Virus record (IMG/VR): IMGVR_UViG_3300037067_016777
Span: 96,001-160,000 of that record
Direction: 5' to 3' (one strand)
Source of the DNA: a virus
Lineage: Duplodnaviria > Caudoviricetes
Length of the DNA stretch: 64,000 nucleotides
A model generated the notes under the pieces. The model ran no database searches, was not told the DNA's origin, and was given only the letters and a program-made list of their open reading frames with translations. A program made the translations under genes and the position numbers. Below are positions 62,338 to 64,000 of the stretch, in pieces (position 1 is the stretch's first letter; every line of letters begins with the position of its first letter).

Positions 62338-64000
62338 ATGGCTAAATTAACTATTGGTATGGCACATTACGATGATTTTGACGGAGTGTATTTCTCCGTG
62401 CAAGCTCTTCGAATGTATCACGATATGAGTGATATTGAGCTAATTGTTATTGATAATTCGCCACACACAGATGCTGGTAAGACAGTTGCTACATTTATTA
62501 ATGACACGGCATTCGCAAAATATGTAGCCTATGATGAGGTTATCGGCGCAGCGAATGCAAAAAATCGTATATTTCATGAGGCACAAAGTGATCTGGTTTT
62601 ATGTATAGATTGTCATGTTATGCTACCGCCTGGATCTATTAGACGTCTTATTAATTGGTATGATTTCAACCCGAACAATAAAGACTTATTAACAGGGCCA
62701 TTGGTTTACAATAATTTGCAAGACATTTCAACACATTTTGATTTATCTTGGCGTGGCGATATGTGGGGTATTTGGAGTAGGGCTTGGTCGTGTCGGTGCG
62801 GTAATCATTTTTCGATTTCTATCCCAGTTAATTTATTGACAGATGCTATAGTTCATGATCTGATGAATTACAATTCAGTATACACGCAATGTCCTAATTG
62901 CGGAATAGTCTATCCCAAGATCTCATATGCTGGCCACGAAGCATATTTTCATAATATTGGATGCAGACAATTAGGTCTCAATATAAACGATTCTCCTTTT
63001 GAGATACCAGCTAATGGAATGGGTCTTTTTTCTTGTCGTAAAGAGGCTTGGCTTGGATTTAACCCAGCATTTCGTGGATTTGGTGGAGAAGAAGGCTACA
63101 TCCATACCAAATATCGCCAAGCTGGCCGGCGATGCTTGAACTTACCGTTTCTTCCATGGGTTCATCGTTTCCTACGTGCGAGTTCCGTTTCTTATCCATT
63201 GAATTATTGGGATAGGGTACGCAATTATGTCATAGGACGTCAAGAGCTTCATTTATCTGTAGATGATGTCCATAATAACTATGTCGGCCATGAGAAACCG
63301 ATAGATGGAAAATCATGGGACTATCTTATTGAAGATCCAATTGCACATATTGATGCACCATGTTCAGAATGCCAGCATATAGGTTCTAATATTGATGAAG
63401 CATTCACTTGGACGGCAACGCATCCACACAATATGGGATGTCATATGCCACGTTTTCGTGAGCTTGCTTCGAAATGTGAACACATAACAGCCATGGTTAA
63501 GCAAAAAGAGTTTGATGTTGCTCTGTTAGCGGGCCACCCAAAAACTTTGCGTGTCTATACATTAGAGCCGTCGCCAATTCATAAACAATTAGCTGACTTA
63601 GTCAATGATATAGATTACAAAACTGAAAGTGTCGACTGGTTGGCATTGGATGATATTGAAGAAACAGATCTTTTAGTGATTCATTCTTTCCATCGTGCAG
63701 ATAGACTATATGCAGAGTTGTCGAAATTTGGTAAGAAAGTTCGTCGTTGGATTTTGTTGCGGTCTACTGAAGTATATGGAGAACAAGGAGAATCTTTTGG
63801 ACCTGGTTTATTCCCGGCTATGCGAATGTATATGCGCGAACATCCCGAGTGGTCAGTGATCGAGCACGATAAACGTGATTTTGGTTATACTCTGCTTAGT
63901 CGAGATCCAGCAGATAAAAAGAAGTTGCCGCCATTCACTAAAATGGTTTGGAATTACACAAAAGCGATTGCAAAACATAATCTTTCTGGTAGAAAGACGG
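62338..64000 (+). CDS. GT2 glycosyltransferase with Cys insert and methyltransferase-like C-terminal part; truncated at window end
   Basis: Hand translation MAKLTIGMAHYDDFDGVYFSVQ...CIDCHV...FRGFGGEEGYIH; open to the window end. Confidence 0.75.
   Translation, partial: MAKLTIGMAHYDDFDGVYFSVQALRMYHDMSDIELIVIDNSPHTDAGKTVATFINDTAFAKYVAYDEVIGAANAKNRIFHEAQSDLVLCIDCHVMLPPGSIRRLINWYDFNPNNKDLLTGPLVYNNLQDISTHFDLSWRGDMWGIWSRAWSCRCGNHFSISIPVNLLTDAIVHDLMNYNSVYTQCPNCGIVYPKISYAGHEAYFHNIGCRQLGLNINDSPFEIPANGMGLFSCRKEAWLGFNPAFRGFGGEEGYIHTKYRQAGRRCLNLPFLPWVHRFLRASSVSYPLNYWDRVRNYVIGRQELHLSVDDVHNNYVGHEKPIDGKSWDYLIEDPIAHIDAPCSECQHIGSNIDEAFTWTATHPHNMGCHMPRFRELASKCEHITAMVKQKEFDVALLAGHPKTLRVYTLEPSPIHKQLADLVNDIDYKTESVDWLALDDIEETDLLVIHSFHRADRLYAELSKFGKKVRRWILLRSTEVYGEQGESFGPGLFPAMRMYMREHPEWSVIEHDKRDFGYTLLSRDPADKKKLPPFTKMVWNYTKAIAKHNLSGRKT

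Noticed and set aside
1-64000. Alternative genetic code (stop-codon reassignment)
   Set aside because: Conserved genes are full length in code 11 and end in TAA, TAG or TGA.

Overview
This 64-kb window looks like part of a large, T4-related or jumbo-type dsDNA phage genome. It is AT-rich, gene-dense and switches strand often. It encodes a gp55-like late sigma factor, Rad50/gp46- and Mre11/gp47-like recombination subunits, a DinG-like helicase, dUTPase, CsrA, homing endonucleases, two paralogous Cys-rich fibre-like proteins and about 20 glycosyltransferase, methyltransferase and sulfotransferase genes. A Planctomycete-like host is only an inference. Four things stand out. (1) A reverse transcriptase (RT) with group-II-like rather than retron motifs is preceded by a ~153-nt element with retron msr/msd architecture (perfect 17-bp inverted repeat, unpaired G, two small stem-loops, long hairpin), and it overlaps the Rad50/SbcC ATPase gene. 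(2) A GC-rich helical-protein gene is followed by a ~440-nt putative ncRNA with two circularly permuted tRNA-like domains, CAGACU repeats and an intrinsic terminator. (3) An adenylosuccinate-synthetase homologue carries PurZ-type (2-aminoadenine) signature residues. (4) A 780-bp non-coding region holds a nested structured element and 3x41-bp repeats beside an HNH gene. All calls come from reading motifs and pairings by eye; no searches were run.
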